This document shows positions 1-9,188 of a stretch of DNA of 64,000 nt, in pieces (position 1 is the stretch's first letter; each line of letters begins with the position of its first letter). This stretch comes from Vicinamibacteria bacterium. GTDB taxonomy: Bacteria > Acidobacteriota > Vicinamibacteria > Marinacidobacterales > Marinacidobacteraceae. Below the pieces are notes generated by a model. It was not told the origin of the DNA. It searched no databases and worked only from the letters and a program-made list of their open reading frames with translations. The stretch lies in contig CAXXLQ010000004.1 of NCBI GenBank assembly GCA_963668695.2, positions 3,776,001-3,840,000 of the forward strand. The letters are read 5' to 3'. The position numbers were made by a program, and so were the translations under genes.

Positions 1-1158
1 CGGCTCCTGCCCGACGAGGACGGACGGCTCCTCGACGCGCTCCAGCAGCTCGCCCGGGCGAACATCCCCCGCGACTGGAAGGCGTGGACCGAGTGGCAGG
101 AAGAGCACACCGAGATCCGGCCCTACCGCGGGTTCGTCTCCTTCAAGGCCGACATCCTCGCCGGAATCGATCCCAACTTCCGCGACTTCCTCCACCGGGG
201 GGTGCGGCACGAGATCCGGATCGAGGAGATCGTCTGGGGCGGCGTCAAGAAAGACGGCATCCCCGCGCTCGTCAACGCCGAGCAAATCCCGGCCGCGGAA
301 GCGACCTACCCGACGGACCGGGAGCTGGTCTTCGGGGTCAGCATCAACGGCGACTCGCGCGCCTATCCGCTCCGCATCCTGGACTGGCACGAGATGTTCA
401 ACGACGTAGTGGGGGGCGTCCCGGTTTCGCTGGCGTACTGCACGCTCTGCGGGTCGGGCATCCTGTTCGATACCCGGGTTCCCGCGCGCCGGGAACCGTT
501 CGTCTTCGGCTCCTCCGGCCTCCTCTACCGGTCGAACAAGCTGATGTACGACACCGAGACCGAATCCCTCTGGAACCAGTTCACCGGACGCCCGGTCGTG
601 GGCGAACTCACCGGGTCCGGGATCGAGCTCAAGATCCTGCCGGTGGTGATCACGAGCTGGAAGGACTGGCTCGCCGCGCACCCGGACACCACGGTGCTCT
701 CGCTCGACACCGGCTTCGACCGGAACTACCAGCCCGGACAGCCTTACGGGGCCTATTTCGCGAGCCCCGAACTCATGTTTCCGGCAGTGGTCCGCGACCG
801 CCGCCTCGACCCGAAGGACCGCATCTTCGTCCTCCGGGACGGGGACCACGAGATGGCGTGGGCCATATCGGTCTTCGGGAGCGGCGCCATCCTCCACGAC
901 CGGGTGGGGTCGCTGGATGTCGTCCTCATCGGTAACGGCGAGACCGAAACAGTGCGCGCCTACGAATCGGGCGGGCGGACCTTCACCGCGGTTGAGGGTG
1001 ATCCGGCGCGCCTCGAGAGCGACCGAGCGCTGTGGAACGTCACGGAAGACGCGCTGACCGGACCCGGGGGCGAGAGCCTCGCCCGGCTCCCGGGACACGT
1101 CGCCTACTGGTTCGCCTGGCAGAGCTACAAGGACGGACGGCCGCTGCGGGTGGAGTAG
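1..1158 (+). CDS. DUF3179 domain protein (5'-truncated by window edge)
   Basis: Frame is open from base 1. Motifs GG-x-x-KDGIPAL, RAYP...WHE-x-x-ND, YC-x-LCGSG, SGLLY-x-SN-x-LMYD-x-x-T-x-SLW-x-Q and YWFAW are typical of DUF3179. Confidence 0.85.
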   Translation, partial: RLLPDEDGRLLDALQQLARANIPRDWKAWTEWQEEHTEIRPYRGFVSFKADILAGIDPNFRDFLHRGVRHEIRIEEIVWGGVKKDGIPALVNAEQIPAAEATYPTDRELVFGVSINGDSRAYPLRILDWHEMFNDVVGGVPVSLAYCTLCGSGILFDTRVPARREPFVFGSSGLLYRSNKLMYDTETESLWNQFTGRPVVGELTGSGIELKILPVVITSWKDWLAAHPDTTVLSLDTGFDRNYQPGQPYGAYFASPELMFPAVVRDRRLDPKDRIFVLRDGDHEMAWAISVFGSGAILHDRVGSLDVVLIGNGETETVRAYESGGRTFTAVEGDPARLESDRALWNVTEDALTGPGGESLARLPGHVAYWFAWQSYKDGRPLRVE

Positions 1159-1166
1159 GTCGCACT

Positions 1167-3281
1167 ATGAACACTCGACCACGTGGGATCTCGTCTCCGG
1201 ATCCCACTCTCCCCAACCGAGGACTCAGGATGCTCTGCGGGCTCCTGCCGCTATGTCTCATCGCGGCCCTGATGATCGCGTCCTGCAATGGAGGGGAGTC
1301 CGCGGGTACGCCCGCTACGCCAACTCCCGCGCCGGCCCCGCCCACCACGCCACCCCCGCCGGACCCGCCCCAGTGGCCAAAGTTCGGGGAGTTCACGGAC
1401 TCCCAGGGTCGAACGATCACTTACGGGCTGCACGCGCAAGAGGGATGGGATCCGAGCGAATCGCGGGGCATCGTGATTTCCTTCCACGGACAAAACCAGG
1501 GGGAGCAGCACCAGTTCTCAGATACCTGGTCCGACTTCGAGAATGCGACTAGCTTCGAGCTGGGCCTGGCCATTGCCTACGTCGGCTCGCCCGTGTCCTT
1601 TCCAGAAGGCCACCCGCGCTTCCTGCTCGGGGGTTTGACCGGAAGAGGAGGAACGCGCGAGTGGAAAGAGTCAGACAATCGCCTCCTGCACGAGCTGTTG
1701 CAGAGCGGATTCGATGGCCACCTGGCCATCGACTACAACCGGATCGTGTTGCGAGGCGGTTCACAATCCACAGGCTTCCTGGCCCAGTTTTTCGAACGGT
1801 ACGCGGGAATCTACGGGGGTGGATTCCATGCCTGGTGTGGCCCATTTTGGAACAAAGGAGGGGGCTGGCACCGGCATGACGGGCTGTGGACACCAACCTT
1901 CCCGTGGTCTCCATTCTCAGCTTCCTCAGTGAGAGAGAGACTCCGGGTGTTCGTAGAAATGACGACTGGCGATTTTCTGTACGAGGGCGCCGTCGCCATG
2001 ACGCACTACTACCAGGATGTTCTTGGACTCGAAACCCGGTCCGACCTGGACGATCCCGGAGGCCATTGCGCCCTAAGCTCCACTCCCCGGAGAGAGATCT
2101 GGGAATGGCTTTCTCGCGGCGGCGACGGTGATCGTGCGCCGATCGGATCGGACGACGATATCGACGGAGACGGGATCATCAACGCCGTGGACATGGACGA
2201 CGACAACGACGGCGCCTGGGACTCGATTGACGCGCTGCCTCTGGATCCTCGTGGCTACCTCGATACAGATGGTGACGGTATCGGGAACTTCGAAGATCGC
2301 GATGCCGACGGCGACGGCGTAGACAACGCCGAGGATTCGTTTGCGTCAGACCCTCGCGAATGGTTGGATACGGACGGAGACGGCATAGGCAACAACATCG
2401 ACAACGACGATGACAATGATGGCATCCCCGATCGTACGGACGTCGATCCCTTGGAAGGAACCCGCATCAATCATCTGGCGTTTCACCCGGTTCTGACGAA
2501 TACGGACTCTCCAGGTGTTGAGCCTCGTCAACGCTCGGCTGCATTCGTTCATGTGGACAAGCCTGCGGCGTTGAGATACCCACGCGCGACGGGAGACCGG
2601 CAGTCCTATCAATATGTGAATCTCGGTAACGGACCGGATCCGCGATTCGAGATCATGATCGACAGATTCGAACGGAGGGAACCGTGTCGCGCGGTTCTCC
2701 TACCCGAGCTTTGCCAAGATCCGCCGTCTCCCTTCGCGTACTTCGAACACTATGTGGACAAGATCTATGTGGACACCAATCAAAATGGAGACCTGACCGA
2801 CGACGGACCGCCGCTGCTGCAGGCGCGGCACCGTGAAGACAATGGCTTGGATCGCGCCGCGGGCACAGTGTTGAAGGTGTCCTACGCGTCGGGCGAAACC
2901 TTGCCGTATGGCATCGCGCTCTGGAGCACGAGCAATCTCAAGAGCGGTATCGGATACGCGAGCGCCAGCGTCTGGATGGGCCATCTCCAGAGTCCTTCTC
3001 TGGAACCCTTGCTGGTGGCCATCGTGGATGGGGACGTGGACGGCACGTTCAATTCCGCGAAAGTCAGAGTGAACTCTGATTTCGGACTGGCGGAAGACTT
3101 CGTCTGCGTTGATCTGAATCGCAACAATGTTCTTGACGAGTGCAACTACCAGGAATTCAAATGGAGGGCAGCGCTGCCCGCCGGCGTCAGACCGGGCGAG
3201 ACCTTCACACTGGATGAGCAGGAGTATCGAATCGTGGTTGCGCCCACCGGACACAAGGCCGAGATTCTGCGCGTGCGCTAA
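1167..3281 (+). CDS. Putative lipoprotein: Pro-rich linker, alpha/beta-hydrolase-like domain, thrombospondin type-3 (DxDGDG) repeats, C-terminal domain
   Basis: ATG at 1167 (alternative 1230); lipobox-like IASC; PTPAPAPP linker; GGSQS...GD...GGH; multiple DTDGDG/DDDNDG repeats at about 2150-2450. Confidence 0.7.
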   Translation: MNTRPRGISSPDPTLPNRGLRMLCGLLPLCLIAALMIASCNGGESAGTPATPTPAPAPPTTPPPPDPPQWPKFGEFTDSQGRTITYGLHAQEGWDPSESRGIVISFHGQNQGEQHQFSDTWSDFENATSFELGLAIAYVGSPVSFPEGHPRFLLGGLTGRGGTREWKESDNRLLHELLQSGFDGHLAIDYNRIVLRGGSQSTGFLAQFFERYAGIYGGGFHAWCGPFWNKGGGWHRHDGLWTPTFPWSPFSASSVRERLRVFVEMTTGDFLYEGAVAMTHYYQDVLGLETRSDLDDPGGHCALSSTPRREIWEWLSRGGDGDRAPIGSDDDIDGDGIINAVDMDDDNDGAWDSIDALPLDPRGYLDTDGDGIGNFEDRDADGDGVDNAEDSFASDPREWLDTDGDGIGNNIDNDDDNDGIPDRTDVDPLEGTRINHLAFHPVLTNTDSPGVEPRQRSAAFVHVDKPAALRYPRATGDRQSYQYVNLGNGPDPRFEIMIDRFERREPCRAVLLPELCQDPPSPFAYFEHYVDKIYVDTNQNGDLTDDGPPLLQARHREDNGLDRAAGTVLKVSYASGETLPYGIALWSTSNLKSGIGYASASVWMGHLQSPSLEPLLVAIVDGDVDGTFNSAKVRVNSDFGLAEDFVCVDLNRNNVLDECNYQEFKWRAALPAGVRPGETFTLDEQEYRIVVAPTGHKAEILRVR

Positions 3282-3452
3282 GGGAACGCGACGCCGGAGA
3301 TCGTGCCTCGCGAATATCGACTCCACTGAGGGTGGAGTCGCGGCATCTCGCGGGCCGCGTTGCCGGGCGGTGTAATGGCCAGGATTCGACCTCGGGCGGG
3401 CTCCTTTCCGAGTCTGGCCTTTGCGTGAGCGAGCTCGCCTCCGATACTCGCG

Positions 3453-3899
3453 TCACCCGCGGCCGGATCCCGAGCGTCTCTCCGCATAGTCCCTGAGCGT
3501 TACCACCGTGCCGCCTGTCTCCATGGCGGCCAGCGCGTGGGCAAAACGCAGATCGGCAGTGACGAGGCGTGCATCGAGACGGTACGCCAGCGCGAGATAC
3601 AGGCAGCCATACACGGTGCGGTCATAGGCAAACGCCAGCCGCAGCGCGTCGCTGGCGAGTGACTCGTCCGGGTGCCAGGAAACCGGCATCTGCACGAGGG
3701 ACGCCAACCGGGCTCTCGCGAAGCCAAGCTCCAGTTCGCCCCGTAGTACCTTGCGCCAGAGCGCGCTTCCGACCTCTGAGGCGAGGAGGCGCGGGCAGTG
3801 CAGTCGATCCTCCCCGCTCAGCAACAACGCCGCCCGTTCCGAGTCCTCCTCTTCCGCGAACCACTTGACGGCGACGCTGGCGTCAACCACCAAGTCCAT
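3453..3899 (-). CDS. vapC: PIN-domain VapC toxin
   Basis: N-terminal LVVDASVAVKW, E in ASEV, LVTAD. The usual YD acidic residue reads YG (TVYGCLY). Confidence 0.85.
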   Translation of the reverse strand: MDLVVDASVAVKWFAEEEDSERAALLLSGEDRLHCPRLLASEVGSALWRKVLRGELELGFARARLASLVQMPVSWHPDESLASDALRLAFAYDRTVYGCLYLALAYRLDARLVTADLRFAHALAAMETGGTVVTLRDYAERRSGSGRG

Positions 3900-3902
3900 C
3901 AG

Positions 3903-4116
3903 CAGCCCGTGGGCAAAGCACCCCGCACTCTTCCCTGGAGGAGTGGCGCGCCGCGCGCGCCGGTTCTTCCGCGGGCGCGGCGCTTATCCCACGGGGTAAT
4001 GGCGCGCATCGCTTCGCGATCCGCGCCATCGTCTTTCGCGGGGAGGGGGGACCCCCTCTCCCCACACACCCCCTCCGCGCCGCAGACGGACGCAGGCAGA
4101 CCTTTCCCACAGCCCT
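3903..4116. mobile_element. MITE (subfamily B) between antitoxin and toxin
   Basis: Imperfect ends CAGCCCGTGGGCAAAG ... CTTTCCCACAGCCCT with an exact TCAG duplication at 3899-3902 and 4117-4120. The internal part resembles the reverse complement of about 49900-49985. Confidence 0.7.
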
Positions 4117-4371
4117 TCAGAAACGATGTCCGGAGTCGCGGTCTTCGCGGATCAGAATCTCCGACGGCGCCTGGGGCCTGCCCGCCGTTTCTCGGCGGAA
4201 TTCAGCGGACAGAACGCGGAAGGCGGCCCGCCGCGCCTCCAAATCGTCTCTGGCGGCCACTTCCAGGAGGTGGCGAACCTCACCCTCAAGCGAACGCTTG
4301 TTCTCAGCGGCGCGCTGCTTGAGGCGCTCGACTACTACGTCGTCGAGCCGCCGAACGTTGATCGTCGCCAT
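4117..4371 (-). CDS. FitA-like ribbon-helix-helix antitoxin
   Basis: MATINVRRLDDVVVERLKQRAAENKRSLEGEVRHLL is a FitA/Arc-type RHH; lies upstream of the PIN gene. Confidence 0.85.
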   Translation of the reverse strand: MATINVRRLDDVVVERLKQRAAENKRSLEGEVRHLLEVAARDDLEARRAAFRVLSAEFRRETAGRPQAPSEILIREDRDSGHRF

Positions 4372-4384
4372 TCGTCGCCCCTTT

Positions 4385-4409
4385 GAGTGCTATCAAAATG
4401 ATAACACTC
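4385..4409. promoter_or_regulatory. Putative FitA-type operator (inverted repeat)
   Basis: GAGTGCTATCA-AAA-TGATAACACTC, 11-bp arms with one mismatch, 13 bp upstream of the antitoxin ATG. Confidence 0.65.
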
Positions 4410-4517
4410 TGAACCACGCGGAGAGCCCCAGTACCCGGGGCCGGCAGCGCATCCGTTTATCGCGACTCTGACGTCCCGGGAACAGGGTCTCGGATCTCGC
4501 CAGCCTTTGGCTGGCGA

Positions 4518-4542
4518 TGCCGGTCTGAAGGCCGGCGCTCCC
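4518..4542. repeat. REP-like hairpin
   Basis: TGCCGGTCTGAAGGCCGGCGCTCCC abuts the peroxiredoxin stop; a related copy lies at 46111-46134. Confidence 0.5.
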
Positions 4543-5202
4543 TTACTTGTTCGGCTGGGCGACCAGGCGCAGGTAGGGCTTCGGAGCCCGCCAGCCGTCC
4601 GGATACTTCGCCCGGGCCGCTTCGTCGGAGACCGCCGGGACGATAATCACGTCGTCCCCGTCCTTCCAGTTCACCGGGGTCGCCACCTGATGGGACGCCG
4701 TCAACTGCATGGAGTCGAGCACCCGGAGAACTTCGTCGAAGTTGCGCCCGGTGGTCATCGGGTAGGTCAGGATCAGCTTGACCCGCTTGTCGGGTCCGAC
4801 GACGAACACCGAGCGCACCGTCATGTTGTCCATCGCCGTCCGGCCTTTCCGGCCGAGGGCATTGGGATGGATCATGTCGTAGAGCTTGGCCACCGCGAGG
4901 TCGTCGTCACCGATCATCGGGTAGTCCACGGCGTGCCCCTGGGTCTCCGCGATGTCGGCCTTCCAGCGCTGGTGGTCCTCGACCGGGTCCACGCTCAGCC
5001 CCATGATCTTGCAGTTCCGTCTCGCGAACTCGCCCTGGAGCCCCGCCATGTAGCCGAGCTCGGTGGTGCACACCGGGGTGAAGTCCTTGGGGTGCGAGAA
5101 GAGAATCGCCCAGCCGTCGCCGATCCAGTCGTGGAAGCTGATCGTGCCCTCGGTCGTGCGGGCGGTGAAATCGGGCGCGATGTCGCCGATGCGGATAGCC
5201 AT
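4543..5202 (-). CDS. 1-Cys peroxiredoxin (Prx6 family)
   Basis: LFSHPKDFTPVCTTE, YPMTTGRNFDE and ATPVNW motifs. Confidence 0.95.
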   Translation of the reverse strand: MAIRIGDIAPDFTARTTEGTISFHDWIGDGWAILFSHPKDFTPVCTTELGYMAGLQGEFARRNCKIMGLSVDPVEDHQRWKADIAETQGHAVDYPMIGDDDLAVAKLYDMIHPNALGRKGRTAMDNMTVRSVFVVGPDKRVKLILTYPMTTGRNFDEVLRVLDSMQLTASHQVATPVNWKDGDDVIIVPAVSDEAARAKYPDGWRAPKPYLRLVAQPNK

Positions 5203-5300
5203 GTGGTCCCCTCCTGAGGCTCTAAGAGCGCCGAGCGTTCGTCAGCACTCGGGAGAACGATAGCCCCACACCGCCAGCAGCCTGTGACACGCTTATTCCC

Positions 5301-6656
5301 ATGAGCAAGGCTGGATCGGGCGAGGGCCTGCAGCGGCGGATGGGGCTCCTCGGGGCCACCTCCACGAACATCATCGGAATGGTCGGGATCGGTCCCTTCC
5401 TGACCATCCCGCTCATGGTGTACGCGATGGGCGGGCCGCACATCATCTGGGCGTGGCTGGTCGGAGCGCTGCTCTCGCTTGCCGACGGACTCGTGTACGC
5501 CCAGCTCGGGGCTGCGCTCCCGGGGAGCGGCGGACCGTACATCTATCTGCGGGAGGCGTTTCGTCCGTTCGGACTCGGGCGGCTCATGGCCTTCCTGTTC
5601 CTCTTCCACATCCTGCTGGTGGCGCCCCTCTCGCTCGCCGGCGGCGCGGTGGGTTTCGCTGACTACGTTGGCTTCTACCTGCCGGAGTGGAGCGGGGTGC
5701 CCCACCACCTCGCCGCCGCCGGGGTCTGTGTGCTCGTCCTCTTCCTTCTCTACCGGAACATCGACTCGGTCGAGCGGCTCTCGAAGGCGATGCTGGCGCT
5801 CGTGCTCGCCACCACCGGCTGGGTGATCGTGGCCGGCCTCATCGAGAGTCCGGGACTCCCCTCGTTCGTCCCGCCGCAGGGGTTCGACGCCAGCTTCTGG
5901 CCGGCGCTCGGAGCCGGGGCGGTGATCGCGATGTACAGCTTCGGCGGCTACAACCAGGTCTGCAACATCGCCGGAGAGGTGAAGGACCCGGAGCGCAACA
6001 TCCCGCGCTCCATCCTGCTCTCCATCGCGGTAGTAGCCGTGATCTACATCGCCATGACCACCGTGATGCTCGAGCTCATCCCGTGGCAGGAAGCAGAGGC
6101 GAGCCGCACCCTGGCTTCCATCTTCATCGCCCGGACGGTCGAGGATCCCGGGCTCGCGCAACTCGCCGGGTCGGTGATCACCGCCTTGATCCTCTTCGTG
6201 GCGGTCGCCTCGGTCTTCGCCTTCGCGCTCGGCTATTCGCGGATGCCCTACGCCGCCGCCCGCGACGGACAGTTCTTCCGCATCTTCGGCAAGGTCCATC
6301 CCACCCGGGGCTTCCCCCACGTTTCCCTGATCTGGCTCATCGCGGTCTCGATCCCGTTCTGCTTCTTCAGCCTGGGCCAACTCGTAAACTGGCTCATGCA
6401 GGTCCAGATCCTCCTGCGCTTCACCTGGCAGTGCGTCGCGGTGCTGCTGATCGCCCGCTACCGGCCGGACATTCCCCAGCCTTTCCGGATGTGGCTCTAC
6501 CCGATCCCGGCGCTGCTGTCGCTCGTCCTCTGGATCGCGCTCTTCTTCACCGGGCCGCCCACCGGAGTCTGGTTCTCGCTCGGATTCCTGCTCCTGGGCC
6601 TCGCGGCCTACTGGGTCTTCCGCAGGCGGGAGGGCCACCGCACTTCCGCCGGCTGA
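5301..6656 (+). CDS. APC-family amino acid permease
   Basis: About 12 hydrophobic segments; GIGPF, AQLGAALPGSGG, GEVKDPERNIPR, R-x-x-YA-x-ARDG, PFRMWLYP. Confidence 0.9.
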   Translation: MSKAGSGEGLQRRMGLLGATSTNIIGMVGIGPFLTIPLMVYAMGGPHIIWAWLVGALLSLADGLVYAQLGAALPGSGGPYIYLREAFRPFGLGRLMAFLFLFHILLVAPLSLAGGAVGFADYVGFYLPEWSGVPHHLAAAGVCVLVLFLLYRNIDSVERLSKAMLALVLATTGWVIVAGLIESPGLPSFVPPQGFDASFWPALGAGAVIAMYSFGGYNQVCNIAGEVKDPERNIPRSILLSIAVVAVIYIAMTTVMLELIPWQEAEASRTLASIFIARTVEDPGLAQLAGSVITALILFVAVASVFAFALGYSRMPYAAARDGQFFRIFGKVHPTRGFPHVSLIWLIAVSIPFCFFSLGQLVNWLMQVQILLRFTWQCVAVLLIARYRPDIPQPFRMWLYPIPALLSLVLWIALFFTGPPTGVWFSLGFLLLGLAAYWVFRRREGHRTSAG

Positions 6657-6682
6657 ACCTGGGACGCGGGCGGCGCTTCTAG

Positions 6683-6916
6683 CAGCCTGTGGTGGAACCC
6701 GGGTGAGCGCCGAGAGCGGCCAGTTCTCCCGGTGGGGGCGAGGCGCCCGGCTGACAAGGCGCGTGAGGGAGGAATACCGAGTGTATTTCGACCGAAACGC
6801 AACGCAGAGCGCCGCAAAGCGCCAGTTCTCCCGGTGGGGGGGCGGTTCAGCCGGGATGCATCGCCGCTCGAGCCCCCACCGGGAGAACTGGGCCGGCTGG
6901 GTTTCACCACAGGCTG
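6683..6916. mobile_element. MITE (subfamily A)
   Basis: TIR CAGCCTGTGGTGGAACCC / GGGTTTCACCACAGGCTG; CTAG duplicated at 6679-6682 and 6917-6920, the latter being the stop of the adjacent gene. Confidence 0.85.
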
Positions 6917-7837
6917 CTAGCCCTCCACCCGTTTGTCGTTCCGATAAAACTCCACCCGCACTCCTCCGTTCTTCAGGTGGATGAGCCAGCGGCCCTCCCT
7001 CTTTCCCTCGACGTAATTCCCGCGGGCCACCCCGAGTCCCGGGAAGCGATGGACGAAGGCTCCGTGTTTCCTGCCGGCCACCATCGGGCCTTCCTCGACG
7101 CTGCCGCTTTCGTAGGTGAACACCCAGTTCCCCTCCGCCAAGCCGTCCACGTAGGAGCCTTCCGCCGCGTCCCCGTCCGCCCCGCGGGAAACCCACGGGC
7201 CGTGGCGCCTCCCCTCGACGAACAGCCCTTCCTCGACGCCCCCCTTGCCGTCCCCCTTGCCGTCCCCCTTGCCGTCCCCCTTGCCGTCCCGAAGCACCCA
7301 GAACCCGTCTCGCTGTCCATCGAGCAGTGGTCCTTCCTCGATTGCCCCGTCCGGGAATCGAAGGATCCAGGGGCCCTGCTGCTCACCGTCCACGTACGAG
7401 CCTTCCTCGACCTGTCCGTCAGCGCTGCGTTGGATCCAGTGCCCGTGGCGATCCCCATCCGCAAAAGGCCCTTCTTCCACCCTACCGTCCGGCCAGCGGA
7501 GGACCCAGTGGCCTTCCCGCTCGCCATCCACATAGGCTCCCTCCTCTTCCTGTCCATTCGGGAAGCGGTGGATCCAGGGCCCCACCCGCTCGCCGTCCTC
7601 GAAAGCCCCTTCCTCGACCTGCCCGTTCGGCCAGCGGAACACCCAGCGGCCGTACCGCACCCCATCCAGGTAGGTTCCTTCCTCGACCTTGCCGCTCGCC
7701 AGCCAAATGGTCCAGCGACCATGGCGCTCGCCGTCCCGGAAGCTTCCGGTCGCTTCGACCTCCTGAGCGCGGGCGCCAACCACCAGACTCCCGCTCATCA
7801 TCACCGCCGCAACCGCAGCGTTTCGCAGTGCCCTCAC
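6917..7837 (-). CDS. Secreted MORN-variant (YwqK-like) repeat protein
   Basis: Signal peptide followed by about 11 repeats of EEG-x-Y/F-x-DG-x-R-x-G-x-W-x-x-R. Confidence 0.8.
   Translation of the reverse strand: MRALRNAAVAAVMMSGSLVVGARAQEVEATGSFRDGERHGRWTIWLASGKVEEGTYLDGVRYGRWVFRWPNGQVEEGAFEDGERVGPWIHRFPNGQEEEGAYVDGEREGHWVLRWPDGRVEEGPFADGDRHGHWIQRSADGQVEEGSYVDGEQQGPWILRFPDGAIEEGPLLDGQRDGFWVLRDGKGDGKGDGKGDGKGGVEEGLFVEGRRHGPWVSRGADGDAAEGSYVDGLAEGNWVFTYESGSVEEGPMVAGRKHGAFVHRFPGLGVARGNYVEGKREGRWLIHLKNGGVRVEFYRNDKRVEG
7241..7290. repeat. 12-bp in-frame tandem repeat (DGKG x4)
   Basis: CCCCTTGCCGTC repeated four times. Confidence 0.85.
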
Positions 7838-7850
7838 ACTGCGACGGAGC

Positions 7851-9188
7851 TTATCTAAGCCTGCGGACGACGGGTACGCACCAGAAGTAGAGCGCCACGA
7901 GATCCACTCCGCGCGCGACGAGCGTCGCCCAGGACGCCGCGTACACCCCGACCATGTTGACGGGTCGAATCAGCGCCCAGAGCACAAACAGGACCGCAAC
8001 GGTTTCGATCAAGCCGGCCCAGGTGATGGCTCGGGTCTCGCCGCTCCACACGAGGAAGGCCCGATAGAAGGCGAGCAGAACCGAACACAGCGGCATCGCG
8101 ACCAGGATCTGAAGGGCGGGCACCGAGAGGTCCACGAGACTCGGCGTGAGTGCCGAAACCCCTCCGAACCAGAGGCCGGAGAGCGGAGTGAAGGCCATGA
8201 TGCCCTGCAGCACGCAGGCCACCACCCCGAGACCGACGGCGAATCGGAGCAGCGCCCGGAATCGCTGCCTGGTCCCGTCCATGAAGGCGATCGCCACCTC
8301 CTGGAAGGACAGGCCCATGCTGCGGAACAGGAAGGAAAGGGCGGCCACCACCGGATAGGTCGCGAGAGACTCGAGCGCGAGGCGCGAGTGCCCGAGGAAC
8401 AGGTTCACCAGCGGATGGATCGCGAGCGCGATTACCGAGCTCACGAGCAGCGGGATGTAGAAGTGGAGGATCTTGGGAAAGGTGAGCGGTTCGCCGCTCC
8501 TGGGAGTGGCGAGCACCTCGCGCACGCAGTCCGCCACCATGAAACGGGTCGCGATCGCTTCGACGACCACTGCCACCGAGAGCGCCGCGGCCCCGATGAG
8601 GGCTCCGGGAACCTCCGCATCGAAGAGCAGCCACGCGGTCACGCCCATGCCCGACAGACGGATGGTGGTGCCGTAGGCGATCCGCCGGGTGTGGCCGTGC
8701 CGGATGAGGAGCCCCTGGTAGAAGCGGCGGAAGCCGATGGCCGCCGGCCAGGGGAGGAGGATGAGAAGGGCCTGACGGCTCAACTCCGAGATCCGCGGAT
8801 CCAGGCCCATCACGCTCTCCGCGAGCAGCGGATAGAGCGGCGAGAGGGCCCACGCGAGCATCAGGAGCGTGAGCCCCAGGTTCAACGTCGCACCGAAACG
8901 GCGGAGCGAACGGAATGCCTCCCGATCCTTGCACAGCGCCGTGGAGGCGCTCAGGATCATGATGATCGGCGCCTCGAGGATCAGCGCGAAAGCGAAGGCG
9001 ACCCCGTAAGCGGCGAGGTTCACGGTGGCGTCGGGAAGTCGGGCAACCACCGCGGCCACCAACAGCCCCTCGACGGACATCATGATCCAGGTGGCGGCCA
9101 TCGGCAGCCAAACCCAGAAGATCCGGCTGGTGGTGAGTGGCGCTTGGGGCGGCGCCGCGACTGGGGTCTTGCCGAAGGTGGGGGTCAC
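7851..9188 (-). CDS. MATE/ANKH-like membrane transporter
   Basis: GTG start overlaps the hemW stop (GTGA); two hydrophobic halves; WLPMAATW...LAAYGVAF...EAPIIM, RRFYQGLLIR. Confidence 0.7.
   Translation of the reverse strand: MTPTFGKTPVAAPPQAPLTTSRIFWVWLPMAATWIMMSVEGLLVAAVVARLPDATVNLAAYGVAFAFALILEAPIIMILSASTALCKDREAFRSLRRFGATLNLGLTLLMLAWALSPLYPLLAESVMGLDPRISELSRQALLILLPWPAAIGFRRFYQGLLIRHGHTRRIAYGTTIRLSGMGVTAWLLFDAEVPGALIGAAALSVAVVVEAIATRFMVADCVREVLATPRSGEPLTFPKILHFYIPLLVSSVIALAIHPLVNLFLGHSRLALESLATYPVVAALSFLFRSMGLSFQEVAIAFMDGTRQRFRALLRFAVGLGVVACVLQGIMAFTPLSGLWFGGVSALTPSLVDLSVPALQILVAMPLCSVLLAFYRAFLVWSGETRAITWAGLIETVAVLFVLWALIRPVNMVGVYAASWATLVARGVDLVALYFWCVPVVRRLR

Noticed and set aside
5278-5290. 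CAGCCTGTGA (and CAGCCTTTGG at 4501) as further MITE ends
   Set aside because: No partner end, internal blocks or matching flanks; too short to support.
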